Source: Styela clava (lineage: Eukaryota). From it: a DNA stretch of 64,000 nt. The position numbers were made by a program, and so were the translations under genes. The stretch spans positions 21,948,001-22,012,000 of the forward strand of contig NC_135251.1 of assembly GCF_964204865.1 (NCBI RefSeq), in the 5' to 3' direction. This document shows positions 27,579 through 40,664 of this stretch, in pieces (position 1 is the first letter of the stretch; every line of letters begins with the position of its first letter). Below the pieces are notes generated by a model, which made no database searches, had not been told where the DNA came from, and saw nothing but the letters and a program-made list of their open reading frames with translations.

Positions 27579-28252
27579 GACCCTTGACCCTAAAAAAATT
27601 CTTCCTGCGAACCCAGAAAAATCGTCACTATACTAACTACGGGCCTTACGCGTTTTTCGCGATTTTAAATTCTATTCGTTAGTTTTCAGTTGTGTTTTGA
27701 AAACTTAAATATAAATCAGATAATTCAATGATCACTCTGTCTTCTTAGGAGTTTTAATTTTATTGCAGTAATAAAAAATTAGTGTAGAAATAGCTGTGAT
27801 AGACTAGGCTAAAATTACCGGTACCTTTAAAAAACAGATTGTTGTATGCGATGAATCATAATGATGGTTTGAACCTCAATGTTTGAAACACATACCCCAT
27901 TTTACAGGCATCAACTCGTGGAAGCACTCTTAAAATAGCCCCGAGAATATTGCAATGGTAAGGTAAAGGAAGGATTTTTCGAGGGTCAAAGGTCCATTGC
28001 AAAATTTTTGAAGCTTACTTTGAGAGTGTTTTAGAGAGTCAGCGCTTACAAACTAGTCTACCTATTCAAACCAATATTATTCTCTGTGATTGGACCACGT
28101 GTCGCTCACAGAATCTGATAGCTATTTTTAGCCTAACCTATCGCAGGTTTTGCGTGACTAATTTTTAAAATTACAACTAAACTCCTTGAAAGAATACGAC
28201 AATTGAGTTATTTGATCTACAACTAATTTAAAATGAAAAGGTTAAAAACTGA
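27579..28252. repeat. Two interleaved degenerate inverted-repeat pairs upstream of NDUFB4
   Basis: 27579-27606 pairs with 27967-27994; ~27685-27817 pairs loosely with ~28122-28252. Confidence 0.5.
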
Positions 28253-28578
28253 CATATAACACACAGAGCTACGATAACAAGGCAATGTTGCAATGTTTAT
28301 AACCATGCTTGAATATCTGTCTAAATAAAATTTATAAATGCACTTAACGCCGGTAGAAAAGTTAGGATGGCCCTGTGAATCTATATCTACAAGGTTTGCA
28401 TTGCAACTAGCCTTTTAAATAGAGTTTGAGGCCTATCTCAAATCCGACTTCTCAGTGCTCGAATAAACACATGCTGTGGTTCAACTGTACATATTCAAAA
28501 CGGCGCAGTTACTATCTCATAAAACGCGACTGACCACAAAGTATATATTTCAACTTTACCGCCTTTGTTAGTTTAAAT

Positions 28579-29055
28579 CAGGGTGGTCCAAGGTTGTCGG
28601 CTCCGCGGGCCACAAAATTATTTTTGCATTGTTCGCGGGCCACAATGGTGCCAAGAATAGGTAAACAGTGCAATACAAAACAAACACCTTTATTTTGCAA
28701 ACACATAGTTATCAGGCATAGCCATTCTAGACTAATAGAATCTGCATTCGAATTTTAGTTTTCTATGATGCCTATATTGTTTGCATATATTCCCGAACCA
28801 AAAAGTTAAAAAGCCAGATAACAATTTAGACCGCCAAGCACATCATTCAACTTCGCTAGTTTCCCCAGCTATCCATAACACTATTTAGTTCAGTGACAAT
28901 AGTGATGACAATACTTCAAAAGCTTTTTCTGATTTATTTTATGACGAAACAACACGAAATGCGATTTTTTGATTACTCTCCGAATGTGATGCGGGCCACA
29001 GATAATGAAGCGGCGGGACACATGTGGCCCGCGGGCCTGGGTTTGGACCACCCTA
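28579..29055. mobile_element. hAT MITE with perfect 8-bp TSD
   Basis: TIRs CAGGGTGGTCCAA ... TTGGACCACCCTA; subterminal GCGGGCCAC repeats; TSD GTTTAAAT at 28571-28578 and 29056-29063. Confidence 0.92.
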
Positions 29056-29399
29056 GTTTAAATATTGCAATTATCACTTTTCAACCACATCCACTTCTTT
29101 AGAATACTAACGTTAGTTAAAACCGATTTGCATCATGTTAATAACCAGCGAAAAAAATTAATATAAATTTATATCATTCTGCCGAAATGAGTGCAAGAAA
29201 ATTTACACCATTAGGACATTTGCATCATATCATCGGTACTTCATTACTAATATTTGAGGAACTACCCTTCTAAAGGAAGGTCTTGTTGATGAAAACCCGA
29301 GACAGAGTTTTCATCTCTTTTATGTATTTTTTTCATTTAACTTTGAATTTATAATGATTAGAGTATTCAGTATGATATGATTGGCTTTCTTTTGGTAAT

Positions 29400-29982
29400 A
29401 GTCGCTTCAATAGAATACCGCCATGGCTGCCCAAGAAGCCGAGCGAACTACAGGTGTAAGGAGTCTACTTTTAGACTACCCGGCACACATATATTGCTAA
29501 CCATTGGTGTAACCGCCACACTGATATGCCCAAACTCGATAGACGATAATTTGTTGAGCAAGCATATGTTTACCCTCTCTTTACAAGATTTATGACTATT
29601 TTCTGTACAATAAATAACAATAGCTTTACTTCTCTCTCTGTCTAATTATTATTTATTTACATCGATTCCTCTCGATTTGTATATTTTACTAATTTCATTA
29701 TATATGTTAGCGAAGTTGCGCTACATCTTGAGTTACCAAAAATATTTGACTTATAGTCAAAATATGTTCACCATCATGACTATTGCATAGTCAATGTTTG
29801 TAGCGAATGTAAATATTTTTTTATACTTAACCATATATAGGTGTCGCTGCTTGAAGACCCAGTCGGGTCCCTCGCGACTGCTGTCTCACAATTAACATTA
29901 CTAGTTTATTTACTTCCTGTTCTAATCTTTGTGCATTTCTTTTTATGTGACGACAACTAAACGATTGATTGACTGATTGATT
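29400..29982 (+). mobile_element. Possible degenerate 3' end of a CR1/L2-type LINE
   Basis: GC-richer segment ending in a (GATT)n-like tail at ~29965-29982; no recognisable RT motif. Confidence 0.3.
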
Positions 29983-31323
29983 ATATTAAAAGTATGCTAT
30001 ATGATGCTGGGTGTTACTGTTACATGTTTATAATATACCAGACAGACACCAGGTGTGAGTCATATGGATGGTTTCGAAGATATTGTACGACAGACTGCGT
30101 TTTGTGAAGTTGATCTATTAAATATTTGCGACACATAATTCAAAAATATAACTTATTTATGACATAAACAACAGATAAATGATTTTGTTTATGTGTGTGC
30201 CGCAAACTAACTTCCTTCCCGGTCTGTGTTTGTGGCTACTGCGACATTACATAAACCCAATTATATTTTTGCGTTTGCCGTGTCGGCAACAAATTGGTAC
30301 AATAAAATTGTTCTTGGACAATTTAATTGTATTTTATATTTCCGAGAAGGTAAGAAATAGGTTATTCAGATTTTCGATAAGTCGAAATACGTCACTCAGG
30401 GTACCTTGTTTAGAATTCACAGAACAATGGATGGTTTCCGAAATTATGAAATGCTATAGACAATAAATTTCAGTAAAACAATAAATGGATCTGTACAGAC
30501 GAGTAATTGGTTACTTCTTGTGGCTTATTTGTTGTACTTGAGTCTGCTGTGGATCCGGTTTATAAGTATTTATTATCATGTTTTGTTTATTTTTCCAGTG
30601 TAATTCAGGCATATGTTTCGGACACAATTGTTGAAACACAAAAGAGCTTTTTAGATTATTTATATTTACCGTGGACGAAAGTGAAATTTGCTTATTATTA
30701 ATATTTAGAAGTTTATCGAATAATGCCATTTAGTCGAACCATTTTATAGGTTTGCTTATCGTACGTTGACGGGGATTTCCCATCATTATCTTCATACGCA
30801 ATTGTTCGCATACCGTAGAATAAGAGACATTCTCGCACTATAACATCATTTAAGATATAAAGAATAGAATATAACTCATCTGTATGCAGCATATATAGAT
30901 ATACTTACACTCAATTTAGCATGCGTCGTCTTTCAAAATCACATAGTTTTCATCGTTGCTCATACCCATTATCCTGGACAGTAATTTTTCATATTTTATT
31001 TATTTGCACCAATACGATAGATCATAACAACGTCAAAAACAAAAATGGAATAAATAAACAGCAAATAAAATAACAATCCAAACATTAGAAAAGACGTCGA
31101 GTACAAATTCCTACCAGAAGCAACGTACCCGGGATTTCGTTGAAGAAGAGGGGCCAGCATTGAAAAATTGAAAATTTGCGACGTCACGATATGATGTCAT
31201 ATTTGCTATCTTACACAACGGAGAAAACCTGCTTGGGCGCCAAGCGGGTTTCCGTAAAATGACGCATGATGACGTGATATTGAATTCTATACGAGTCGGA
31301 ACATCTAGGCCTATTATGTATTC

Positions 31324-31662
31324 GGCGCGGCGGTGTGGCTCAACGGACTAAGCGTTAGGAATACGCTCGCTACCGCACCTCTAATTACTCTGCGTGGGTT
31401 CGCAGATTCGAATCCCATGCATGGATGGTTATGTGCGAGAGGATTGCTGGACTCCTCGCCGTCGTTGGGTGGTTCACGTAACCGCTGGTCGGTTACGGCT
31501 TCCTCCGCCACCAAGTCCATGCTTCCGGAAACAAACAATATAACTAATCCCATACCCGACTTGGAATGGTAACCGGACGAGAGGCCGTGGTTCGCCATAT
31601 GGATAAGCCGTTTTATCGGCTTTCCTCTCCCCCGGGATAAATATGTAAATCCTATCCTATTC
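31324..31662 (+). mobile_element. Full-length tRNA-derived SINE
   Basis: A-box TGGCTCAACGG, B-box-like GATTCGAATCCC, internal hairpin CGTAACCG-ctggt-CGGTTACG, (CCTAT)n tail, near-TSD tatgtattc/tatgtcttc; a second copy lies at ~58.2 kb. Confidence 0.85.
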
Positions 31663-32231
31663 TATGTCTTCATATCCCAATGTTCGAAAAGTAAGTTTTT
31701 GCAGTTACGAGCAAGTATATTTGGTTATAACTCGAATTTTAACGTGAAATATGTATTTCGTTTTCATACTGCTAATATATTTGATCAAAAATCGTGTGGT
31801 GTCACTAAGTACCTAGGCTAAGTTATTGACATATATGTATAAATTGGACAAAATAAATCCGGACTATATGAACAGATTACACAAATGTATATTACAAATG
31901 AGTTCACGAATCATTAATTCACGATTCTATAAATTTTCATAAATCTATCTATAATTTATATATAATTTATCTCAACTAGTCCAAGTACGATACATTGTAT
32001 CAATTCTTCGGCCCATTGGCTAAGATAAAATAACGAGACTGCTCTCCAAATCTTTTTCAGCCTGTGGACTTTGCAAACTTGGTTGATAGGAATCGAAAAT
32101 ACGCAAATTGACCGTTTTTTTTGTGTGATCATGTCCGTGCCTCAAGCCGTGCCTCATGTCCGTGCCCCAATCATACACTGGTAATCCAATGAACAATTAC
32201 CTAGCTTATAATATGCTTGATCAAGTATCTT

Positions 32232-32310
32232 GCTAAGCGGCTAGCATATTATGCTACGCCTTGAGAATACGCTTTTTACCGCTTCTCTGCTTCCACACGT
32301 GGGTTCGGAA
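32232..32310 (+). mobile_element. Degenerate 5' fragment of the same SINE
   Basis: gaatacgct...taccgc.tctct...cgtgggttcg resembles 31358-31402. Confidence 0.45.
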
Positions 32311-33520
32311 ATGGGTACGATTTACCTCTAGATGGCATACGTAGTTTGTTATTGAAAGTTTCAAATTTACGCCAAAGAGAAGTACCCTGTGGCACAAGGC
32401 GGTCGACCCGCGTGTTGTGAATGCAACATTTGTTTGAAAAAGTTAATAAATTTCGAAAGATCAAATGATCCCGTAAATTTTAAATATTTTCACAAGCTAT
32501 ATATGCTTTATCCCAATTTCAAAAGTTGATGCCATTGTTATATATCGGTTCTACAGTATTGTCTATATTTCACGCGGTATCGATAAAAATGTAAATCTTT
32601 TATGTATCAAAAACTCCTTATACATTTCATAAAATTGTCCGATTTAGCGCTTGATAATTATGAGTTGCTACCCATGGATTCTTGATAAATTTTCCGACAG
32701 TTCCGATGAGATTCGTAGGATGCTGAAACTTAAATTCTAATTTTGATTTGATTTGAAATGATCAGATAACATAATTTAGTGTCAATCGCGTAAACTGCTG
32801 TCTGTCACCGATCATTAACTTCAATTTACCTTCATAGACTCAATTTTTAAAAGTGCACTACAACCAAGAATGACCAGTTTTTTTTACTGGACTGTCCGAA
32901 ATTGAAATTATATATAGACATTGAATGATTATCTGTATTTTGCTCACAAATTACTTTTTTGAAATTGCTTTATTTACATGAAAGAAAAATAGGGAATTTT
33001 GTGACAAATAAATAGTATTTTCAGTAAATAAGAGTCTAAAAAATAATGCTACGTCAAAAAACAAATTTCCAGCCGATGGTACTTTGAACAAATCTATTTC
33101 TAGAATGACAATATTGATGCCTATAAACATGTTTAGGATTTTGAAAAGCACGATTCTAAAACATATAGTGAAAATTGAATGTGTTAACTTGAACTGCTTC
33201 AAGTCTCGTCTAAATTGATATTAGGTATAACTTAATGTATTAAAAAAAATCCAAATAGTTTCAGTAGCTGTTAGCAAGTCATTGTCATGATACGATGAGG
33301 TTTTCTATGTTTTTTTGCTGGCAACTTGGACACAACGTGTTTGCCGAACAGCGCCCGCAAACGTCTTTCAAACCTCCAATCTTGTTCACGATTATATCAC
33401 CTGAGCGCGGGTTTCCCCCGTGAACGCATGTGGGTTTTTTGGAGAGCATATACCAACGAAGGGAACACAACTGGAAGTAACCTGCAAAGAAGCACCTGGT
33501 TATCTGTAAAATGTGGTATG

Positions 33521-33528
33521 TATATATA
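33521..33528 (+). promoter_or_regulatory. Candidate TATA box of paralogue 2
   Basis: TATATATA about 80 nt before the ATG at 33607; similar spacing in paralogues 3 and 4. Confidence 0.4.
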
Positions 33529-33606
33529 TTCAATGGTAATTCTTGTAAGATCATTTTGACATCGCCTCAGTGGAATACGGACAACAGCTTACTGTGATAT
33601 TACACG

Positions 33607-36600
33607 ATGGCAGTTTTATTGAAAGTTTTTTTTCTTGAGTTAACAATATGTGGTAAGTTTTTTTGTTATTAGTACTATTAAGATATCACAAGTATTAGCC
33701 TATTAACTTGAACAGTCTTATGTCGATTTGGTTAGTATGAAACTTAAATTCATTTAAATTTCGAACCCGGCAATACTATGGTCCGCTCGATTGAACAGTC
33801 AAGCCAGCAATTTATGAATCAAGGGTAAACAACGTACAAAGAGCTTACGAACAGTCAGTACATACTTTCAGGACAGTCGTTTAGGCTCGGAACCCTTGTT
33901 GAAGTTGCTGTCAGAAACGGTGCTATGCTTAGCGATATGAAATTTGATAAGATGAGCTCAAATTAACTCATGATTCGATCAAATATTAAAAATCAGAATT
34001 ATTGTCCCTAGTGGCCATTTTTGCTTAATTACTATCGAATTTGGCCCTGATACAAAATTAGAACAGCCTTGAAATGTATATTACAGATGTAGATTAGGAT
34101 AGGATATACTTTGTAATTGAGATTTAAAACAAAATAGGGATTGCCAATTACTGCTTCCGTTGAATAAATAACGTTTGCTGGCTTTGTACCTTCAGAGTAG
34201 CAAATTAACGCGGTAAAAATTTCCGTCTTTTCTCTGAAAAGAAATATTTTTTGTAATGAAATAATGATAAGGAAAAATAATAAGGATAAGGATAAATAAG
34301 GAAAATTTGGCTCGTATCGAAAACTGTATATTTAACACTTGCCAGCAAATTTATCGAGTTTGAGAATGTTCTGTGGAATATAGTAGCACGTCGGTCAATT
34401 TGGACAGAAACCACTTGCCGGCTATGCGGAAATTCCAGCTGGAAAGTTTTTATGATGAAATCGTAATGAATAAAGATTTCGCAAGAGAAGTTCTGTTCGT
34501 CAGAAGTCGATATTTCTGCGCTACGTAGAGTGCTTTCTGTAAATGTTCACACCGTCTTTCATTCATAAAAAATCTCAGCGGCTTATTCAAGCGTGAATAC
34601 GAGTGAAAAACCAAACAAAAGTGTGAAGTGTACTACGAATTATTGCTGTAATGAAGTCCTAAATTTATTCATGTTTTAGTGTGATGTAAGGTAATGAGTG
34701 ATGAATGGGGCCGACGTGTTTTTTTTGATATACCTGTTTTTAGTGTTAGATCTGAATTAAAAATTTACCATATGACCCTAAGTTAAATTTAAACTAAATA
34801 TAAATCTGGTGAAATTTTGTATTTTAGGTTTTTTAGTGGCATCGACAACGGGTAACGAATCTTCAAATAGAAATGATTACAAATGTACACGACCTGGAAT
34901 TTGCATCGATGGTACGGGAAAAGAGTTCAGATGCGTCGTTAAAAATATGGAATGTTGCTTGAATTCACAAAACATACTCAGTCTTTACCAAGCACCACGA
35001 GGAATGACATGCTGTGGCGGTAAGTTATACACGAACTAAAATTAAGGAGCTGCTGTTGACAGTAGTTAACACCGTGTGGGATCCATACGTTCACGCATTA
35101 TTTCATTCATAAAATCTCAGCGATTCATTCAAGCGTGAAGGCAGGTTATAAACAAACCACAATGGTGACGAAGTATAGTTGCAGTAGGAGCTATGGCGAA
35201 AAGTTCACAAACTCGTTTAGGTATTCATGTACAATAAAGCATATTGTAAGAATTCTGTACAGAAACAAAAATTACCTATATTGTGATTGATTTTTTAGAA
35301 TACAACAGCACTACTTTATTTATCTATCGAAATGTTTTTTATCGATTTTGATACTTTTGTGCTAAACATGCCGATCCTTTACAATTCAGGGGATGGAATG
35401 TTTCATGAACAAACACATGATTGTGTAATAAATGAAAAAGGAGATGGGGAAATACAACTTCGAGAAAATGTCATATTTTGCCCCGGAACTGAAATGTATT
35501 ACAATCCCTCGAGTCAATTTTGTAGTACCGGAGAAAGTGGAAAAACTGAAGTTTTGATGCTGAAAGGTATGAAATATTGTAAGCCAGGCCAAGTCTTAAC
35601 TAAAAAGAAATGATGTGTTGCTAAAATACACTCGCTGTCCAGTATGCTTGATTTTACTGAAAGGCGTCTGATATTAATTACCCTTTGTTTTTTTAGATTA
35701 TTCCCTCAACTCAGCATCGCCATACACCGACGTTAATAGGCCTTATACTTGCGTAAGCTCGCGAGTATGCTCCGATTCATCAGGACGACGGTTTAAGTGT
35801 ACTGAGAAAAATGTAGAATGCTGTTTGAATAGTTTCAAACAGCTTGTTTTCTCCAACGCAAAAAGAGGAATGACGTGTTGTGACGGTAAGCATTGGCACC
35901 AAGTTATACCGTATATATCAACTAAAAATTTGTTCTTTTCTGCCAACTGCAACATTACTTCACAGTAACAATTTTTAAAGCAAATTCATAACAAAATGTC
36001 CTTTCGTAAGTTGATCCAAATGATGACCAGTTGTATCGTTGTAATACAGGAGATGGAATGTATCTGGAACAAACTCAGGAATGTGTTGATGGTAAAATAA
36101 CGCTGAGAAAAAACGCTATAGTTTGTCCTGGCACGGAAATGTACCATAACCCCTCATCTCAGATCTGCTGTACGGGTAGCAGTGGACTAACTGAAATACA
36201 TATGATTGAAGGTAAGGTGCATTTATTTTCCGTGAAATATCAAAAATCATTATTTTTATATTGAATTTTATCCTACTTATTGTACCAACTTTGTAGATGG
36301 TAAACTATGTTGTGGCACAAACTACATTAAAAACTCTACTACGGGTTGCTGCTCCGAAGAAGCATATGACAGAAAGGCTGAATGCTGTAAAAATCGAATT
36401 AAGGCTCCGGCTAAAGAATGCGTTGACCCAACGGGAGATGATTCGAGAAAGAATTCGAGATTGAAATGCACAAAAGAAACAGGTGAGAGAAAATTTCATT
36501 GCAAACTGAACTTACACCACAATGTTTTTATTGAACTAACCCTATTATTGGCCTGAAAACTTGCAAGTCTTAAAAATGAAAGAAATTTTATTTTCAGTTT

Positions 36601-37164
36601 CGCTATTCCAATAAATAGATTCATAAATATTGAATAAATCTTTTTTTCTCAGTATGTTCAGATAGAGATATGGAGAAACGATCGAAGTCATTTAATCACT
36701 GGTCTTACAGTAAGTTTCATTTGATATTTATTTTACTAAAATAATATTTGAATCGCCCGAAAAGTAACGAAAACACTATTTTGAATTTTGAAGCGGGAAA
36801 TATGATTGTTGTTTTTTCATTTTAAATAATTTTAATGAATAATTGAAAATGAAATTTTTTTTTGCATTTTCTTATATGTTTTTATAATTTTTCAGTGTAC
36901 ACATTCGAAGTAAGCAGGTTCAAGCGAGAAACTGAAACTCATCTAGTATACAGAGTTAAATTATGTAGACAGTTTATTGGAACAAGACGCAAAAAGATTG
37001 GAACCGAACAATGCAACTTGAAATATATTGAAATACCCAGATGTGAATGCCCAGGACAACTTGTGCCTGGCGTTAATTATGTTCTACGTACAAGACAAAA
37101 ACTCAATTCTAGAAGAATGGTGTTGAACGGAAAAAAGTTTTATATCTCCCAAAATAAATTGTAG
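33607..37164 (+). CDS. Galaxin-like/NTR protein paralogue 2 (~425 aa, 8 exons, exon pair 2-3 duplicated)
   Basis: Exons 33607-33652, 34828-35019, 35390-35566, 35697-35885, 36050-36211, 36297-36482, 36653-36709, 36896-37164 (1278 nt; all introns phase 1). Signal MAVLLKVFFLELTICGFLVA; CC repeats; NTR-like CECPGQLVPGVNYVLRT. Confidence 0.88.
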
Positions 37165-38386
37165 ATAAAAAGTCGAAATGTATTTTTTCGACAAAGTGTA
37201 TTTTATATTTCTTTGCCACAAATAAGTTATGAGACAATTTTTTTTTCTTTAAAAAAAGATGCATGTGTATTTTTAGTTATTTTGTAATTATATAATACGC
37301 TAATTTAATTTTTCTTATTTATTTGTAAATAATACTTTTCTATATTTTTTTTACCTTTCTACAAGAATTTGATATTATACTGTCACTACTGTACTGACAA
37401 CTGTTATGCTTTTTTTGTGCAATTTTCTAAACAGACTGCTATAATCATTGTATTTTTTTTTTCAATTTTTTCTTATTTATGTGCGATCGCCTTGTTACAG
37501 TTTCATGATAAAGATGCTCCGGTCCAAACGTTTCAGCCATTTTTGCCATGTGGGGTTGACTAGTTTTAACACCGATATTTACAATATTTCATAACACTGA
37601 AAGTTAATCAAAAATTCTATTTTTGGAGCTCGGTTTACAAATTTGAAACATTATTATATTCAGTAAATATCAAACTAGGTTTTGAATATGGAATTATATA
37701 TTAGTATTACAAATTGCCGTGTTGTAATATATTAACAATTGGATTTAAAAATTACATCATGGATTTTACAAAGCAAATTTTCTAAGTTGAATAAAGGGCG
37801 ATTTGGAAACTTTTCAATATACCATGTTACTTTAAGAGAGTTGTAATTGAGCATATTTAACTTTAATTTTGCATAGATGAATTATTTGTCTTTCCTCGTG
37901 TTACATAATATATTCTACATCCAAACAACTTTGCGTTGTTGTACATATTTTTTATCACATATTTATTTAGGTGTACTTTATATCAAAATGTGTTAGCTGC
38001 GCTTTAAAATACGCGACCATTAGATCAGAATGGCCGCCAAAATATTTTTAAAACCAAAGAAATTTTCCAAAAATTATTCTAAACAAATTGGGTGTGCAAA
38101 ACGTGGTGTTTCATGAAATATTTAGTACACATTACTTCATATTTTTGTTATTATTTTCAATATATCTTGATTGGCAATTAGGACTTATTTTTACTAAAAT
38201 CAACCTTTTGTTTATTTCTTTTTTAGGAAAATTGTAGTTTGAATGTAAAGTTTTTTAAGCACATTATTTATATGTATATTTTTAGAAATTTAAGTTTAAG
38301 CCTTTAAGACAATGTAAATGGAATTAAAGTATTGTACATAGCAATATTGAGTTTATGTATATTTGTTGTTATACAATGGTATAGAG

Positions 38387-38685
38387 TAGAGGCGGATAAG
38401 GTTCTTGAATCAGGGCCAGAAATTTTGCCCATCCAGACTGGCGGGCCATGTAAGTGTGGTTTAATTTTATGCAAATAGTTACAGTGTTGTTACAAAGCAA
38501 AGGTGGAAAACAATATGCCTCGTGCCAAAACTAAATTTAACCGTATTCTCAACAAATTCCTCGAGCTATTTTTATCTAAAACATCAAAATTTGGTTTCAG
38601 TTTGGTTGTGGTAGTATCGGGCGGGCCAGAATAAATTACCTAACAGGTCAGATTTTGCCCGTGGGCCGTACTTTGCCCATGTCTT
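38387..38685. mobile_element. hAT MITE with perfect 8-bp TSD
   Basis: TSD GTATAGAG at 38379-38386 and 38686-38693; subterminal GGGCCA/GCGGGCC motifs; degenerate TIRs. Confidence 0.75.
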
Positions 38686-38697
38686 GTATAGAGAGAC

Positions 38698-38994
38698 CAG
38701 TGGTTCCCGTCAGGGTTCCAACAGTATAGTCCAGTGTTTCTGCGAATTTCCATTCAAATCCGAAATTTGTATTTTGTTTATTTAAATATAATCAAATACC
38801 TTAGGTTTGTCACTATATTTAGAAATGCTACATTTCAATAATCCTTTTGTTTTGCCAATATAGTACAATATATTAGGTCAGCTTTTATATATACTTATAG
38901 TTGATACAATTCAGACGATAAAAGATAACTCAAGGGTTCATCGAGATTTGATATGATTCATTGGGCTCCACTAAAAAGGTTTTGAAAACCATTG
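38698..38994. mobile_element. hAT (Charlie-like) MITE adjacent to the previous element
   Basis: CAGTGGTTCCC ... AGGTTTTGAAAACCATTG; ends similar to the 16360 element. Confidence 0.6.
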
Positions 38995-40664
38995 ATATAG
39001 AATAGACTGTCGAGGTGAAATTCATCGCGACCTAACATCATTCTCTGAGTAAGGTGGTCGACATGGAGTTATAACCTTAGAATTTTGAACCTGCTGGTTG
39101 CATACAGTTTCAACAAAGTTAGGTAGAGCTTTCCGACCAAAATCGTCCTTATTAGAAAGTTTGGTCGATTGAACACTCTTATAATTTAGATTTTAGATCG
39201 AAGGTACGAAACAAACTCGGGATATATAAGTCCATAACTTGTGACGTGTATCCTTGCGTCTACCGCATCTGTTTGTTTTAGTCAATCTGAAATAAAGGAT
39301 CGTATTCGAGTCAGAAAACTTCCGATCGCGCTTGGACAAAACAACCATTTCAAACCGATAGGCCATTCCATTTCATTATTTTACTGTGTGACTTCCAAAG
39401 TTCGGTGCTATTCCTCTTTCTGTCGGGGTGAACTGAGTTAGGGTAAAGCACTAGGCTATGTTGCGATACAACCACCAATGGGTCAATATGTAAAGTATGC
39501 TCATAAGGAAAACGTAGTTGTTTTCGACGCACGGGAAATCACCTGACGTAATCTTTACTTCTACAGAGCGCGACCTTTGTCTTCCATATTACTCAAAAAC
39601 ATGTTTTTCGGCATCGGTAGTATCACGTGCTATTATTCAATTTAATAAATTTTTTATGTTCCTGACGTTCTTTGTACGTTAGGTATCTTTCTGCGAAACG
39701 GAAAGTACTTTACGCAATCGACGTAAAGTTACCACCCCGCATGTGATTTTGGTGGTATTTTTTCGGGACAGTCAGCTTACCGGGCTATTATGTCATAGAT
39801 CATAACATGTTTGTCTCACCCATCCGCGATTGATTTTAATTTCATATTACAAAGATTGAACAAACATGTTTTTTAGTCTAAACTGAAGAAATTGCGTCAT
39901 CCTTACGCCATGTGCGACAAACATGTGCGCAAAGAACAACGTTGTTCATTTCTTGTCAAAGAGAAAAGTCATTTTGATATTTTGGTTAATGATGATTTAT
40001 TACAGTTTATATCCTTCTATTGAAGAATATTTGACGGATTTCTTTACTCCACACATTTTGACACGATAATGTACATTATTATGGTGAGAACAGAAACGTT
40101 CTGTCTATCTTTCACCATATATATATCTGTTTTAAATTTCAAAATGTCGTAAATTTTTCTCTGTTTGTAAAATAATTTCATCGGTCAACAAATGCAATTA
40201 ATGACTAAGAATTTATTGAAAATTGTAAACACAAACGTGCAGAATACTAAATCAATAAGAAAAAGACATTTTCCAGAATATAAACCATTTTAAAAAGAGT
40301 CTCGTCGTTTGTCCCCTGTCAGTCACACATGCCAGTACTACCACAAATTATAAATAGAAAACGCCTTATCAAGAGTAAATTGTATATGAAATAGAATATG
40401 GCGGATATTTTAGTAGCAAACAACAAGAGCGATTCTTGATATTTATTGTACCTAATGTGTTATAATAAATCACTGGCAGTTTCACTAGTATGAACAGATA
40501 ACGCCTTTGCACGAGTTAACCGGACATAATATGAATTGGAGCTGTTTGTGGACTTGACGAAATTTAATTTATCCATATCATACGTATTATTGGCTTATAT
40601 GAATAAATATTTAAAGTGTTAATTAACAAGTAGAGGCACAAATTATAAATTGTACTTGAAAGTG

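Noticed and set aside
30771-30781. NF-kB-like GGGATTTCCC upstream of paralogue 2
   Set aside because: Single site ~2.8 kb away, not seen at equivalent positions in the other paralogues.
31314-31598. ORFs on both strands and a tRNA-like head
   Set aside because: They lie within the SINE; the A/B-box spacing and lack of a cloverleaf argue against a true tRNA.
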